Part shown: positions 42,766 to 56,329 of the stretch, piece after piece
Numbering within the stretch: the first letter of the stretch is position 1
How the letters are laid out: every line of letters begins with the position of its first letter
NCBI GenBank assembly: GCA_964016885.1
Contig: OZ024743.1
Location: 127,720,001-127,784,000, forward strand
Origin: Eledone cirrhosa
Taxonomy: Eukaryota
Reading direction: 5' to 3'
Length of the DNA stretch: 64,000 nucleotides
Translations under genes and position numbers: made by a program
The notes under the pieces: generated by a model
The model's database searches: none
What the model saw: the letters and a program-made list of their open reading frames with translations, nothing else
What the model was told of the DNA's origin: nothing

Positions 42766-42808
42766 ACGATGCTGACGATAGCTAATAAGCTTGAAACTAG
42801 TACATCGT
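42766..42808 (+). ncRNA. Minimal type-I hammerhead ribozyme motif (right arm of fold-back element)
   Basis: acgatg CTGACGA t-agct-aata-agct-t GAAA ctag TA catcgt; 6-bp stem I, palindromic CTAG stem III, GUA triplet, predicted cut after 42802. Confidence 0.8.
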
Positions 42809-42894
42809 TCCTGTGTCAGTGTTGAACAAAAAGTTGACGTGGTTGCCTAGACACTGTACGGCGTAATTCGGGCATTATAATAAATGTTCGGTAA

Positions 42895-42951
<57 letters not shown>

Positions 42952-42983
42952 TATATGTATACACATGTGTGTGTATGTAAGTA

Positions 42984-43084
<101 letters not shown>

Positions 43085-43389
43085 TGTTTTAATTTCCACT
43101 CTTGTCGAGGATGTACTTTGGAAGTAAATAGATCAAATTTTCTAAATTGGTCAAATTACTTTGTATGAAGGTTTGTAGCGATGACTATGAAAGTAACCTC
43201 ACCTTGTAATGGAAGTAGTTAACATTTCAGTTAACGAAACACCATTAAGAAAAGGAAATTAAGTATCACACAAGCTAATAAAGATAAAATTCTAATTATA
43301 TATCTCAAAGATAGAATATAGTTAGATGTAAATAAACGAAACATATGGTATTAATGTTTGTAAATTTGAGTACGATATGGAGGTATTTC

Positions 43390-43428
<39 letters not shown>

Positions 43429-43599
43429 GCACATATATATGCCTTTCTCTATATATACATATATATATATGTATATATATTGTATATATATAGTGATGTT
43501 TTTGATCTATCCATCTGCAGGAAACCAAGCAGCCACTCTTTTATTCACCAATTGGGTGGACACGCCAGCCAAATAGTATTAATTCTCACCAGGAAACGT

Positions 43600-44950
43600 G
43601 ATAGATGAATTAAAATCGCCAAGTTTTTCCCTGGCGAAGAATGTACTTCCCAGCAGAAATTGGTTATCAGTGACCTTAGACTTAAAGCCAGACGAACCCA
43701 GAAAAAATAAACAATCTGGAGAAGGATGGTATCTGAATTTGATAGAACTTTCAGCTGGCAACAAATTCAAGGAAATCTTAATCAACACTAAAGAAGAGAA
43801 AATGGAGACTTAGAGTGTAGAAGAACATTGGAAAATTTTACGTGAAAACCTGCTAAAGGCTAGAGGGCAGGCTGTGACTGATCCATGGTCCCAGCTAGAC
43901 ATGACATAGTGATGGGGATGACAGGGTAGATAAAGCCATAAAAACAAAAAGGAAAGGCCTGGAAAGATTGGAAAGAGGAGAGAACAGAGATAAATATCAA
44001 AGAGATCTTAGGCGCCAGGTATAGTTAGCGAAGGGAGAGGCGGGGTGGAGGCGGGGGGGATAAATTCGAATATGTTCTTCGACGTGAGGATAAGTGGGTT
44101 GAAGTGCTTATTGCAAGACAGTGTGCCAGAAAAAATCGAGACGTTGTTGGGGGGAAAAAGTACCCGAAGTGATTGAGGAGTACGTTTTATCACTGATACA
44201 GAAAAGAAAATGGCATGAAACTCCTATTATTATGAGAGACTGCTGAGCAAAGTGAATAAATGAGAGAGAGTGAGCGACTACCTCTCGAGAACACAACTGA
44301 GAGCAGCCATAAAAATTGGCAGCAGTGCGATAGACAAAGGAATTAAGTATATGAAGGTAGGGAAGGTATCTGTAGCATCCGGTATAGTTGCTGAGGTGCT
44401 AAAAACATCCGGCAAGATATATTATGAATTAGAAAGACACGTATTCAATCAAGTTGTATAGGATGGTGTCAAACCCAATGACTGGCACAGCAGTATCATT
44501 GTGAACTGTTACAAGAGAAAAGAAGATGCACTAAAGAGAGATAACTTCAGAGGAATAAGACATAAAATTTACTGAAAGGCACAACTAATTAGGTACAGAA
44601 TCATGATAAACGAGAGGAGGTTTGGCTTTATGGCAGGTATAGGCATTAGAGATACCCCTTTCTTGTGGAACAACTGCAAAAGTACTCAACTAGTAGTAAA
44701 CCTCAGTACCTGGAGTTCATGGATCTGGAGAAAGATTTTGATAGGCTCCCTCGTTCTAACGAAGCTAGATGCAGACTAATTGCTCATGATTGCAGTACAG
44801 GTCGTGCATAAAGGTGCAACCAACAGGGAGAGTTGACAATGTGTACAGAGATGAATTTAAAGTGCTGATAGACGTTTACATAGGCTCCGTCGTCTGTTAA
44901 CGTTTGTTTATCATTGTTCTGCTAACCATAATTAAGGAGTTTGAGCCTGG
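43600..44950 (+). mobile_element. Degraded RTE-like LINE (RT region)
   Basis: Remnants SGIVAEVLK, PNDWHSSIIVNCYKRKEDALKRDNFRGI, FGFMAG, FMDLEKDFDR with many stops. Confidence 0.75.
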
Positions 44951-45731
44951 TTCTCCATGATATACTTTCTCAGCCCTTCTCCCTACATCACCACTTGAGC
45001 CCCATCTGTCGCACATCAATGATATCGAACTTCTCATTCTATCTCCAACCTTTCTTAGTCATGATATATTTATCACCCACTTTATTTCTTCCATCGTAGT
45101 CCCATTTAAATCCATCATTAAGGTAAAGAGGATCCTTCAGGCAAGTCTATGACTAAGTAGTTGGTTTCAGAAAGGGCTTCCAACCATAGAAACTATACAA
45201 AAAAGGTTGAGTTGACACCCCAGTCACGCAGCAACTTGTCTACTGCTAGTGGCAGGAAATATTCACTTTGTACACCTTGTTGAGTGGCTGGTGATTGGAA
45301 GGGAATCCAACTGTAGAAACCATGTCAAAAGGGTCTAAGGGCTCTTCAGTTGAATGACGAACACGACAACCTCTCTAGTGTACGTAATTTACACAATAAA
45401 TGCACCCACTATACATTGTACAGTGCGGGAATGTATGTAAGTGAGCTACCGACCTCATCTGAGAGGTCAGTAACTCCGATAAAGTATTGGTGTGGTCTGT
45501 GACAACCCAACAAACCCGTGCTAGAAAAGAAAACGAACATTAAATGATGATGATGATAATGATACACATATACACACACGTATACATATATATATGTGTG
45601 TATATGTATATATATATATATATATTAATTATTTATTAAAATAACAGATTAAAGTATAAGCAAAGAATCGCTGCTTTCACCCCTAACAGGATCTTCAAAC
45701 AAATATATATATATATATATAAAGAGGGAGG

Positions 45732-45764
<33 letters not shown>

Positions 45765-46014
45765 AGAGAGTATGAGGAAAATATGAAGTTGTAGATATTA
45801 AAGAATCCTTTATTGATAACGCTGAGATAAATATTTCAATGACAATCACGGTCACTTGACTATTTAACCATCCCCGTGATCGCATCAGACAGCAACATTG
45901 AGTAAAAGGTTAGGTTTCCGAACAGACCTAGATGCAGGGGAACGGAAAAAATTAATTTTTTGTTATGATTGTCCGTTCGCTTGTGAGCTTTGAATTGAAT
46001 TTCATTAATGTCTA

Positions 46015-46094
<80 letters not shown>

Positions 46095-46235
46095 TATATA
46101 TATACATGCACACATATATATATATATGTACGTATGGGTTTACCGAACATTTATTATAATGTTCGGTTTGTTTGTAAACAAACAGCCTGAATAACGCCGT
46201 ACAGTAAATGTTCGGTAAACCCATACGAAAGGTAT

Positions 46236-46278
46236 ACGAGGCTGACGATAGCTAATAAGCTTGAAACTAGTACATCTT
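46236..46278 (+). ncRNA. Hammerhead motif, same family as 42766, stem I eroded
   Basis: acgagg CTGACGA tagctaataagctt GAAA ctag TA catctt. Confidence 0.6.
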
Positions 46279-46483
46279 TCCTGTGTCAGTGTTGAACAAA
46301 AGGGCGACGTGGTTGCCTAAACACTGTACGGCGTAATTCGGGCTGTGTGTTTACAAACAAACTGAACATTATAATAAATGTTCGGTAAACCCATACGTAC
46401 ATATATATATATATGTGTGCATGTATGTATATATATACATACTACTGTACGTCTGTACACATATATGTATGTACGTATACATA

Positions 46484-46542
<59 letters not shown>

Positions 46543-46788
46543 ATAACGAAGGAGTTGTGGCAAGGAATTAGATGGACCATAACGCACCAGAGTACTCAAT
46601 ACTTAGGGTAGTAGAGTGGGTAATAGGAGGAAGTATGGCCCCGGCGGCAAAGCTCAAGCCGTTTTTATTTACCAGCCTAAAAAAAACTCTTACTTTAGTC
46701 CAGAAATAGCCGTCGAAACGGCTTCAGCTCTGCCGTCGGAGTCATACTTTCTCCTATATATACATATATATATATATAAAGAATGAAT

Positions 46789-46819
<31 letters not shown>

Positions 46820-46853
46820 CATACATACATACATATATATATATATGTATGTG

Positions 46854-46897
<44 letters not shown>

Positions 46898-46935
46898 CTT
46901 AATATATATATCTATATATATATCTTTATATATAT

Positions 46936-47039
<104 letters not shown>

Positions 47040-47365
47040 AAGTGCGCTAAGCAGACGAAGTGTACGATAAAGTTAAACCTCTACACATACAGATATAACT
47101 TTAAATAATACACTTTAAAAAATGTGTATATTTATATACACATTGTTGCAGCCGGTTACTCACTCTGTGAGTACAGATATATACCGATATATTTTATGGT
47201 ACAATTCAGCCGATTAGCGCACTTCTTAATATATATCTTAATTAGCAACCAACACGAGCGCTAATCATATGCAAATTGGTATGTCCATTTCAGAATGCTA
47301 CTAAGCGAAAGGGTATATACGCCCGTCAAATACGTATTTCTTTGTGGTTGTTTGGATGATATACG

Positions 47366-47412
47366 CACTTTCTGACGAGGACGTAACTAAGCCTGAAAAT
47401 TGATTAAAGATG
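47366..47412 (+). ncRNA. Degenerate hammerhead-like motif
   Basis: cacttt CTGACGA gg...cct GAAA attgat TA aagatg; core intact, stems weak. Confidence 0.4.
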
Positions 47413-47510
47413 TTTATCACCCTTTCAATTTACAGGGAAATTTATATTTTCTGGCATACATACTAAAAGATTCGTAAATTTACAAACACATTGACACAGT
47501 TTCAGTTATC

Positions 47511-47632
<122 letters not shown>

Positions 47633-48331
47633 AATCGAATAGACCAGGCTATAAGAACAAGGCTTCTATGAAGAAATCTCCAACAAATAACCGAAACTAG
47701 CCCTTCGCGTCGGCTGCGCATATATATATATATTATTTGAAAGTGAGGTTTTTTTACAAAATGAAAAATAACCGAGGTGTCCTACAAGAGTGAAAGTATT
47801 AAAAAAAAAAGATGAAATCGAAAATGCAACTGGAGTCTTATTTTTAAAAAAATATATATATTTATTTGGTTCCTTTACCGGTTTCGCAGTTCTTCTGCTT
47901 TTCAAAAGTAGGGTTGAGATGGAGCGTCTGTGGTTTTTCTCACATCTGGTTGGCCTTTGAATGTTACTTGTTTTATATGGAAAAAAAGTGGCTCGAAACG
48001 CCAGATTTTTAGAGGTGTAATTTGATTGGTTGGTCAATAAGTATAATATATTTCGCGCCAGTTCGCGTTACAAAGTTCTTCAAACAAGGAGGGGGGGGGG
48101 GGGGGGGGGCTCAGGTTGTTTTTTTCATATATGAGTGTTTGAATTACTTTTTACTTAAAAAAGGGGCTCACGAAGGCTTTTTCTAAATAAATGTAATTTG
48201 ATTGGTTATAAATGAAATTATGGTTGTCACGTGAACAAGTTCATTAAAATTTCGCGCCCGTATTTGGGAATTTGTTTTGAAGCCTTTTACAGAATTTTAT
48301 GACAATAAAAAAAGTAGCTCACGAAGGCTTC

Positions 48332-48409
<78 letters not shown>

Positions 48410-49695
48410 CTGTGTGTCTGTTTCCCTAAAACTCGAGAAGTACCCAACCGGTTTTTTTCAAACTTTATACATGTAACTCGTATGACCCCGGAAGTGTTTT
48501 GAGAAAAAAAAATTCAAATTTTCAATGCCCTAGGGACCGCATTAGGTGATTTAGCGATCTCTTTCTCTTTCTCTTTTTAGATCGATACATAGATATGACG
48601 TCGCGCCTTCATAATATCTGTCTGTATGCCTGACTGTCTGCATTACGTCATTATGACGCGATCAGTGTGTGTGTGTATATATATTCTTATGCCAGGGAAC
48701 GTCTTCACGAACCAAAGTATCGTCTTCCTGTTTTCCAGATTGATTTTTTTAGTTTAAGAAGATCCCGTTAAGGTTGAAAGCAGCGATTCTTTGCTTAAAC
48801 ATTAATATGTTATTTTAATATAGATATTCGTGTACAGATATTTTTGCATACACAAAAACAAAATATAAACAAACACGGCCAAAGATTACATCAATTAGTC
48901 TTAGTGTATGTACTTCATACTGCTTTTAGGTAGAATATCCCGTTAAGGGTGAAAGCAGTGATTCTTTGCTTAAACTTTAGTCTGTTATTTTAATATATAT
49001 ATATATAATTATATATTTCTGGACAGATATTTTTGCATACACAATAACAAAATATGAACAAACGTATTTATTTCACGAGGTTCGATAAGGATAAATATAT
49101 ATCAAATATATAAGAACCCTATAGCAAATCCCGAGCAACGCCGGGCCATTCTGATAGTATATATATATATAATTAGGGTGTTCGTTCCAGAATAGCTGCA
49201 TATATACAGGTATGTGCATGTGTATATCTAGTGGTATGTTTACGAATAAACACTTGAAAACATTTAGTTATGAATTTTGGAAGCTGATGGCTGGCGCCAT
49301 ATGGTGGATTCCAGCAAAAGCAGTCAACAATCTACTGTTTCTGATTTCGGTCGTTATCAAGACAATGCTCCTCCTCCTGCTCTCAGCTGGGATTTAATAT
49401 AGGCGAAAACGTATAGTTTTGATGACTAAGTACATAGGGTGATAAACCTCATAAGCATATGGAGCTGTCGGCCGACTCGGCCTGAGAATGGAATTAGGGT
49501 GTTTGCTCCGACATAGCTGTATACAGATTACTCGCTCCTGCTTCTGCTGGAATCCATCTGATGGCGATAGCCATCAGCTTCAAAACTTCATAACTAAAGG
49601 CTTTCAAATGTGTTTTCGTAGACATATCGTATATAACTAGATATGCAAACATACATACATACATACATACATACATACATACATACATACATACA

Positions 49696-49730
<35 letters not shown>

Positions 49731-49767
49731 GTATAAATATATATATGCATATATATGTGTCTGTGTG

Positions 49768-49837
<70 letters not shown>

Positions 49838-49937
49838 CGAAGGAAATGTGGTAAGGAACCAGGTGGACCATAACGCACCAAAGTACAGAATTAGCCGTCG
49901 AAACGGCTTGAGCTCAGCCGTCGGGGTCCTACTCGTT

Positions 49938-50045
<108 letters not shown>

Positions 50046-50672
50046 ATATATAATTTGAGTATGGGGTTAACCGAACAGAGATGTACGGGCCACATTATAG
50101 TCTGTCGGTTGTATATGCATGTATATAACTCCCTCCCCATCTATGTATGGTGTAGACTTTCTATTATTTTCTTATTGTCTTTTCCTTAACATCATCGGAG
50201 AAGTAAAATTCCACTTGGGGAGATAAGATTGACCCTATCTCATAAAGTAGTTAAAGGTAACTAAAGGTAGTTAAATGTAGTTATCAATTGTTGAAGTACG
50301 TCTATGTTTCAGTTGCATTTGATTTACAGTATAGGTAAGTGGAGAGATAATGAGTAGTCTAATAAAATGAGATTAGGTTTTAATTAACAGTTAATGAGCA
50401 AAAGTTTTTTTTTGGGGGGGGGGATTCACCTCCTCATTTATATTTTGTTATTACCCGGCATAGCTTATTTGTTAAGAAGTTCACTTTCCAACCATGAGGT
50501 TCCTTGTTCAATTCCACTACATGGCAGTTTGAGCATGTGGCCTTGTGTCGACTAAGTATTGTGAGCGAAATTTGATCGACAGAAACTACCAGAAACTATC
50601 GGATTGATTGTGCTTGTCATTTGAAACGTGTAGTTTAGACAGCGTGTCACGCTGATTCTACATAAGAATTAC

Positions 50673-50771
<99 letters not shown>

Positions 50772-51047
50772 TACTTAGCTACTTCCAGTCATATCAGTTA
50801 ATCGGACAACTACACGCGTACATTGTTCTCCATGGTAGCGTCTAACGTATATATATGTACAATCTTAAATATGTGAACATACTTCTTACTTCTTTTGAAG
50901 CCCTAGCTGCTGATCGAGGAAAATAGAGAACTGACTCCCATGAAGGTATAAAGAACTTTGAAAAATCTAGCCTGATCCATCTTCGTGATCTAAGATCTAA
51001 CACCAAGATCTGTTCAAACCTTCCAACCCACTCCACTCAAAATCCTG

Positions 51048-52275
51048 TTAAGGGAAGAAGAGAGAGAGGTTAATATTAATATTAGGGTGTAAGAAAATTT
51101 AAGGAATGAGTATAAGAAAAAAAGTATATTATAGTTAGAAATACACTCTTATAACTGTATGGATCTTATAACTGTATGGATCTTATAACTGTATGGATCA
51201 TATCAGTGATGGTGTAAAGAGGGTGATATAATTATATTTATTTATTTAATTATAATTATATATTTTGGTAGTATCTATAAAATAATATGAGAATTATAAA
51301 TATGTTGAAGTGGTAGAATATATATGTTGTTTTTATCAATAGATAGATAATTTAAATATTTTTATATATATTAAGGGTTCCGATGAATTTCGTGTTTACA
51401 TTTTCAATATATAGTTAAGAAAAAGGAAGTAGTTCTAATTTTATTAGAGAAGATTATTTTGTACATTCTATAGTTCAATCAAGATAGGAATACATTTACA
51501 AAGTTTAGTAAGTTAACGAAATTATACAGAAAATTAAATATTTTTATCAAGTTTAGTTATTACTTAGAAGAAATATTTAAGCGTGTTACATTATAAAGGA
51601 AAAGATAACTCCAATATTTCTTAGTTAAAATAGTTAAGTTACATTTGTCGTTTATACTAGAATTTACTTTAAAAAAATATTCAATTAAGATATATGCAAA
51701 ATATATGTAGAAAAATTTTATATCTGATTTTAAAGTATCCTATATTACATATTTTCAAAGATAAAAATTCTTTTATATATGTATTTAGATAGTATTACTT
51801 ACATCTATGCATATGTTAATGTCTATTATACGCACCAAAATTATTTATATAAATATTTATATAAATAACCTGTTGTAATATAATAAAGTAAAATATACTT
51901 ACAACCTTAATTCTTCATAAAATATACTTATAATTATTATCTATATAATATTAAAACTCACAATTAGAATAGATCCAATAATTAGTAGTATCTCTCAATT
52001 TAAAAAAAAATTTAATTGGTATTCTACCACTTCAACACATTTATAATTCTCATATTATTTTATAGATACTACCAAAATATATAATTATAATTAAATAAAT
52101 AAATATAATTATATCACCCTCTTTACACCATCACTGATATGATCCATACAGTTATAAGATCCATACAGTTATAAGAGTGTATTTCTAACTATAATATACT
52201 TTTTTTCTTATACTCATTCCTTAAATTTTCTTACACCCTAATATTAATATTAACCTCTCTCTCTTCTTCCCTTAA
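51048..52275. repeat. Inverted repeat, ~270-bp arms around ~700 bp of very AT-rich spacer
   Basis: 51048-51319 vs 52021-52275; contains the 17-bp unit cttataactgtatggat three times in the left arm and twice in the right. Confidence 0.9.
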
Positions 52276-52459
52276 AAAATTATCCTAATAATTATTTAAA
52301 TTTACCTAGCGTCTAAATATAACGATCTTTTTCAACTTTACGTTTAGCCTCATTAACATATTCATCTTAAGATTTGAAATTTCTTTCACTATCCAAAATG
52401 AACTTAAAACGATAAGTTCTTGTTTTTTGAATATGTCACTAGTTATAAAACAACTTTTG

Positions 52460-52520
52460 TATTTTATCTGATGAGTGCGTACCAAAATTTTGTTACTCTT
52501 GAAATATATATAATAAAATA
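52460..52520 (+). ncRNA. Minimal hammerhead motif (stem II eroded)
   Basis: tattttat CTGATGA gtgcgtaccaaaattttgttactctt GAAA tatata TA ataaaata; 8-bp stem I. Confidence 0.6.
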
Positions 52521-52765
52521 AATATGGTTTTATAACGATAGTTTCCATTTATTAATATCATTGATATATATATATTCTTATACAATAAATGGAAACTATA
52601 TTTATAAAACCATATTTATTTTATTATATATATTTCAAGGGCAACCAAGGCAAATTATGGTGCGCTTTCATATTTTGTAATATCTCCACTATCCAGGAAG
52701 CTCCAACCGTTAAGGTTGTCTTTTTTTCCGGGTATGTCAATATTTATTTATAAAACAAATCTGTA

Positions 52766-52827
52766 TTTTATCTGATGAAAGCGCACCATAATTTGCCTTG
52801 GTTGCCCTTGAAATATGTATAATAAAA
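52766..52827 (+). ncRNA. Minimal hammerhead motif
   Basis: ttttat CTGATGA aagcgcacca...tggttgccctt GAAA tatgta TA ataaaa. Confidence 0.7.
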
Positions 52828-52878
52828 ATTAAAAAAATAAATAAATAAATATGGTTTTATAAATATAGTTTCCATTTA

Positions 52879-53063
52879 TGGTGGATTGGCAGTATCGGTA
52901 GAGGGTCGGACGTCATGCTTTCCAGCATAGTTACGTCCCTTTACGATCTGAGTTCAAATCCCACCGAGGTTGACTTTGCCTTTCATCCTTACGGGGTACC
53001 AGTAATAAAGTACCAGTAATACACTGGATAATTGCTGGCCTTGTGCCTAAAGTAGAAACAATT
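52879..53063 (+). mobile_element. tRNA-derived SINE, dominant family
   Basis: Full-length match with a small internal duplication gtaccagtaata. Confidence 0.88.
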
Positions 53064-53309
53064 AATATATTGTATATTTACTCCACTACACTGTTGAGTG
53101 CTTTATACAGTTATAAATATTTTAAAATTAAATATAACCTCTGCATATATTCTTATATATATATATATTCTTTTATATTAAGCCTAAAAAGTGATAAACA
53201 TGCGAAACTCCAGAGTAACAAGACTCACTTTTGTTATATTGAAACTCCAATAAATATTAAAACTCAACTTCGGTATTAAGTACACATTTCTCTCAGCCGT
53301 CAACCACAT

Positions 53310-53388
<79 letters not shown>

Positions 53389-53516
53389 AAAGTTCTATTT
53401 AAAATTGTTGGGATACAACAAGTAAATATTTTTATAACTGATATAAAGCCCTCGACAAGTATTTGGAGTAGATATACGATATTAATAAATGGAAACTATA
53501 TTTATAAAACCATATT

Positions 53517-53581
53517 TATTTCATTATACATATTTCAGGGATACCAAATTAAATTATGGTATGCCTTCATCAGACAAAATA
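53517..53581 (-). ncRNA. Minimal hammerhead motif (left arm of the 53472-54022 palindrome)
   Basis: Reverse complement identical to 53913-53977. Confidence 0.7.
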
Positions 53582-53912
53582 CAATATATAACAGTTTTAC
53601 AAATAAGCTTTGACGTACCCTTTTAAAATGCAACCATTATTTTTGGAAGCTATCTGGATAGTGAGTTGTTTATATTATTTTAATAAGTCATAGTGTTAAG
53701 GATAATTAGAAAAAGACGGAGAGAAAGAAAAAGACACGTTTTTTCTTTCTCTCTCTCCGTCTTTTTCTTTCTCTCCGTCTTTTTCTAATTGTCCTTAACA
53801 CTATGACTTATTAAAATAATATAAACAACTCACTATCCAGATGGCTTCCAAAAATAATGGTTGCATTTTAAAAGGGTACGTCAAAGCTTATTTGTAAAAC
53901 TGTTATATATTG

Positions 53913-53977
53913 TATTTTGTCTGATGAAGGCATACCATAATTTAATTTGGTATCCCTGAAATATGTATAATGAAATA
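53913..53977 (+). ncRNA. Minimal hammerhead motif (right arm of palindrome)
   Basis: tattttgt CTGATGA aggcatacca-taatttaatt-tggtatccct GAAA tatgta TA atgaaata. Confidence 0.72.
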
Positions 53978-54387
53978 AATATGGTTTTATAAATATAGTT
54001 TCCATTTATTAATATCGTATATATATATATATATATATATACAATGTCCATAGAATCATTTGATAAAATATATACATTATTTCCTCTCCCAATCAGCATA
54101 ATCAACCACACAAAAACCCAATTAAACAAGGCTATAAGATTAAAAGACACCTATGAATAAATAATAGATAAGTAAACGACAGCTATCTATTTGCGATCAA
54201 CAGCTATAGAATATTTACCCAGCATTTCTAATAGCACGTGGAAATCGATTAAATATATCGTCAACCATACACAATTAGGTATAAAATCAAAGTTAGAAGA
54301 AAAAATGTATATAAACATACCAAAATTAAGTTTCTACCCCATGGGGTTTCATTCGCTTTTGGAAATATATATATACATATATATATA

Positions 54388-54818
54388 TTATTCAAAATAT
54401 TAATAAATGAAGACGTTCAAATAATCAAAATATGTTTTATTATATATATTTTGGAGGTACTGTACTGTTTTTTCAGTACGTCCTCGTCAGATAAAATACA
54501 TGAATTGATGTATGACATACCTCAACTGTCTTGATGGTTCAATTCCAGTCCTGCCAAGACTGGAATTGAACCATCAAGACAGTTGAGGTATGTCATACAT
54601 CAATTTATGTATTTTATCTGATGAGGACGTACTGAAAAAACAGCACAGTACCTCCGAAATATATATAATAAAACATATATTTTGATTATGTGAACGTCTT
54701 CATTTGAAAAATATTTTGAATATTATTAATAACTCCAGAAAACTTCTTTGTAGAGTGCTTTTAATCTATTGTAAAACCATATCATTGAGTAATCAATGAA
54801 CCATATTAATCTTTGGTC
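54388..54818. mobile_element. Fold-back non-autonomous Penelope-like/retrozyme element
   Basis: Near-perfect inverted arms with apex near 54553, hammerhead motif in each arm, unpaired 3' tail; between TA-rich tracts. Confidence 0.72.
54612..54673 (+). ncRNA. Minimal type-I hammerhead ribozyme motif
   Basis: ttttat CTGATGA ggacgtactg-aaaaaacagca-cagtacctcc GAAA tatata TA ataaaa; complete core, long stem II, palindromic stem III, AUA triplet, predicted cut after 54667. Confidence 0.8.
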
Positions 54819-55231
54819 ATATATATATATATATATATTTAAAAAGAAGTAAAAGAATGACTTCACTTGTAGTGTTAAACATTTTTATGATTTAATGTTA
54901 TAACATTAAATCATAACATTTTTTAACACTACAAGTGAAATCATTCTTTTCCTTTTTTTTCAAATATACTTAACAGTACCAAGGATCTCACACATTTTCC
55001 AATATATATATATATTTATTAAAATAACAGATTAAAGTTTAAGCAAAGAATCGCTGCTTTCACCATTAACGGGATGTTCTGAAGATCCCGTTAAGGGTGA
55101 AAGCAGCGATTCTTTGCTTAAACTTTAATCTGTTATTTTAATAAATATTTGCTCTACGGTTCTTATATATTTGATATATATTTATCCTTATCGAGCCCTC
55201 TTTGGATTTTAGTCTTCAAATTTATTATTAT

Positions 55232-55289
<58 letters not shown>

Positions 55290-55462
55290 CAGAAAGGAAG
55301 CGGTAAAAATCAATTAGACCATTACTCACCAGAGTACTCGATACTTGGGGTAGTAGAGTGGGCAATATAAAAAAATCGGGATCCCGACGGCTGAGCTCTT
55401 GTTGTTTCAACAGCTAGATTCATTCGGATCTAGCTGTTGAAACGACATATATCTAAGGCTAT

Positions 55463-55617
55463 CTAAGGCGGGTAAAATTCCCGAGATCCATGGACGAGTT
55501 CTCTCCAGCGGTCTCTGTCCCTCATTATCGCTGCCATATCCTGCATCTCCAACAGACCAGTGTCTGTCCTTAGGGCATCAACATATGTTAACCTTGGTCT
55601 TCCTCTTCTATGTCCAC

Positions 55618-55620
<3 letters not shown>
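55463..55620 (-). mobile_element. RTE-like LINE 3' end fragment
   Basis: GHRRGRPRLTYVDALRTDTGL...MRDRDRWRELV. Confidence 0.7.
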
Positions 55621-55666
<46 letters not shown>

Positions 55667-55667
55667 G

Positions 55668-55736
<69 letters not shown>

Positions 55737-56329
55737 GTATGTATATACATACACACACATTCATTGGCTCTCAACTCCTGAAGTAATTGTAGGGATGCCG
55801 GCTTAGCCATTTGAAAACTGACTGACCCCATCTCCTTCCAGAAAGAAGGAAAGACCGATAGAAAGTGGAAAATCAATTCCGAAAGTGAAAGGCAAAGTTG
55901 AAATAGATGGGATTTTTATATATATATATATATAATGTAGAAAACGATAGGTCTAAGAAGGCTAAAACAATGCAAAATGGACGGTAAAATGAAGACAACA
56001 AAAAAGTTGTGGTATTTATTATTGTTATTATTGTGGTATTTATTATTGTTTAATTTTTGTTGTAATATTTCGGGACTTAAACATTCCTTCTCAGAGCAAA
56101 ACGTTCTGGTCTTATCGCTTTGAAATTTGATTTAAATTTAAAATTTAGAAACCACTTTCAAACGTCGTGTTTTGACGTTTGCTGTAGTATCCACGAGAAG
56201 CAAGAGGATGACGTCAAATGCCATATTTATAGTCTAATTGAAGCAAATTTCTTGAGTTAATTGTATTTAGACTGCGTATGTGTGTGTCCTTTTATGTCTA
56301 ATATTGTGTACTGAGTTACAATGTGTTGT

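Larger units (their letters stand above)
42461..42900. mobile_element. Fold-back element with a hammerhead in each arm
   Basis: Arms ~42461-42640 and ~42753-42900 are reverse complements (the left arm has an extra small hairpin); related copy at 46128-46400; inside TA/CA microsatellite. Confidence 0.72.
53472..54022. repeat. Near-perfect palindrome, ~265-bp arms, hammerhead-bearing
   Basis: atatacgatattaataaatggaaac... to ...gtttccatttattaatatcgtatat; short CT-rich spacer near 53736-53758. Confidence 0.9.

Noticed and set aside
51148-51200. CRISPR-like array
   Set aside because: 17-bp tandem units with no spacers, eukaryotic context, no cas genes
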